A stretch of 64,000 bases of DNA from Octopus bimaculoides (taxonomy: Eukaryota), in NCBI RefSeq assembly GCF_001194135.2, contig NC_068995.1:29336753-29400752 (forward strand), written 5' to 3'. The translations under genes and the position numbers were made by a program. The notes under the pieces were generated by a model. It was not told where the DNA came from, did not search any database, and saw only the letters and a program-made list of their open reading frames with translations. Each line of letters begins with the position of its first letter. Within the stretch, counting starts at the first letter, position 1. Positions 62,333-64,000 of this stretch are shown one piece after another.

Positions 62333-62451
62333 TGTGTGTGCGCGCGCGCGTACGTTTATGGGTATGTGTGTATAATTACATACAAACATACATATATACA
62401 TATATACACGTCTCTCTGTGTGTATATACATATATACAAATCATATAATAT

Positions 62452-62960
62452 ATTAAGCTAAAAAGAAAGTCCTGTCGCATTTCAAGATTTAAACGAAACA
62501 AATGTTTCTTAGGTCTTAATTGATATAATTAATCAATATATTACTTCCCCTCGTTACTGATAACATAATCCCCTCCATTTGGCAAATTGTTGATCCCTTG
62601 GGTATAATGTTCGAGACAAAGAAATACACAAAATCATTTTTATCCTCTTCGTAATTAATAAACTGCTTTCCCCTCTAAATAATGTTGCAATGATCTAAAA
62701 AGATGATAATCGGATGAGGCAAGTGAAGGGATTCAGGAGAATCTTCCTAATTACCTTTTGATCAAAGTTGCCTTGTGATCATAGTATGATCTGAACTGAA
62801 CTGTTTTGCTAATTTTCACACAGTTGGCTTTCTCAAAAACAGTTTTCAGAAGCACAATATTGGTAGACCTCTGTAAGAGAAAAATTTCCATAGTGAAGCA
62901 GGCCAAACCATCGCTGGCATGTCTTGATGATTAAAGCTTCATTTTCTAAGATAGAATTAA
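62452..62960 (-). mobile_element. Internally deleted mariner remnant (N-terminal piece joined to C-terminus)
   Basis: rc: IKTCQRWFGLLHYGNFSL... joined to SPESLHLPHPIII / SDYHLFRSLQHYLEGKQF (YSPDLAPSDYHLF-like region). Confidence 0.65.
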
Positions 62961-63289
62961 TATTTCTTACCGATTCCATTGTCGAAGAAGTAAGTGCACA
63001 CATAGATGTGTCACAAGTGGGTGCGCACGGGTCTTCTCATAGGTAATGTTTAGATTTTAAATAAGGAAAATAAGTGATCAAATTTTACATTTTAATGAAA
63101 CTTAATTGTCAATATAGTTTCCATAATTATCCATGACATCTTTACATCTACGCGTAAGCTTTTTAATTCCATTAGTCCGAATAGAAGAACCCTGGAAGGT
63201 CAGTTTTGACTTACTCAGTTTTTACCAGAGTTAATCGATCCAAATGATTCTGTAAACTACGGAACAGATGATATTCTGAAGGAGCAAGG

Positions 63290-64000
63290 TCTGGGGAATA
63301 AGGTGGATGAGTAATTTCCTCCCAGCCAAGTTCCTCTCCTGTGACGTGATCTTGCATTGTCCTGATGAAACACCACTCTCTTTCGATTCATTAAAGCAGG
63401 CCTTTCTTCTTCAAAGTAGCGTTCAAACGCTCTAATTGCTGACAGTAGATTTGAGTATTGATTGTTGCATTAGTTGGTAGCAACTCAAAGTGGATGACTC
63501 CTTTGAAACCCCACCAAACAGAGAGAACCTTCTTCACATGGAATTCCCTTTCCGCTTTTGGCTGAGCCTTTTCCCCTTCAAGCCAATATCAACGATGTTT
63601 AACATTTTGATAAAAGCCCCATTTTTCATCACCGGTCACCAGTCTGTCCAAAAGGGGCAAGATGAGTTCACGAGAACGAAGAGAAGAGCAGAGGTCTTCT
63701 CGTGATTTGCGGTTGGCTCCAGACAAATCATGAGGCACCCATTTTCCGAGTTTTGTGACCTTTCTTAGCTGTTGAAGATGGCGGTGAACAGTTGTATGGC
63801 TTGAACGAAGCTTGCTTGCCAATTCATCAACTGTAATTGCATGATCTTTTTCAAGTTCTGCCAAAAGGAGCTTGTTATCAAACTCAATTAGGTGTCATGT
63901 TCGGGCCTCATTTTCAAGGCTGAAATCTCCACTTCTGAATTTTACAAACCATCTTCTGCAAATTCTTTCATTCAGGCATCCTTCTGCATAGGCTGAGTGA
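63290..64000 (-). mobile_element. Mariner transposase pseudogene running off the window
   Basis: LGKWVPHDLS, RLVTGDEKW, VWWGFKGVIHFELLP, RKRVVFHQDNAR. Confidence 0.9.

Overview
AT-rich, microsatellite-dense eukaryotic DNA from a gapped short-read-type assembly (many N runs). The SINE families resemble those of octopus/cephalopod genomes (inference, not verified). I could not recognise any host protein-coding gene, rRNA, true tRNA gene or CRISPR array; nearly all listed ORFs are translated microsatellites, gap artefacts or transposon debris. Recognisable content: three tRNA-derived SINE families, decayed non-LTR retrotransposons (RLE-bearing R4/Dong-like and NeSL/R2-like, RTE, CR1), three Penelope-like elements (PLE; RT plus GIY-YIG), several Tc1/mariner remnants and MITEs. 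The unexpected signal is a high density of type I hammerhead ribozyme (HHR) motifs, 11 read by eye (about 6 with intact catalytic core). They occur in (i) a ~360-bp structured non-coding repeat family present four times, tandem or circularly permuted (retrozyme-like), (ii) both arms of two ~550-580-bp palindromic elements, (iii) the terminal regions of PLEs, and (iv) orphan positions. All motifs were found manually; activity, expression and novelty are untested.
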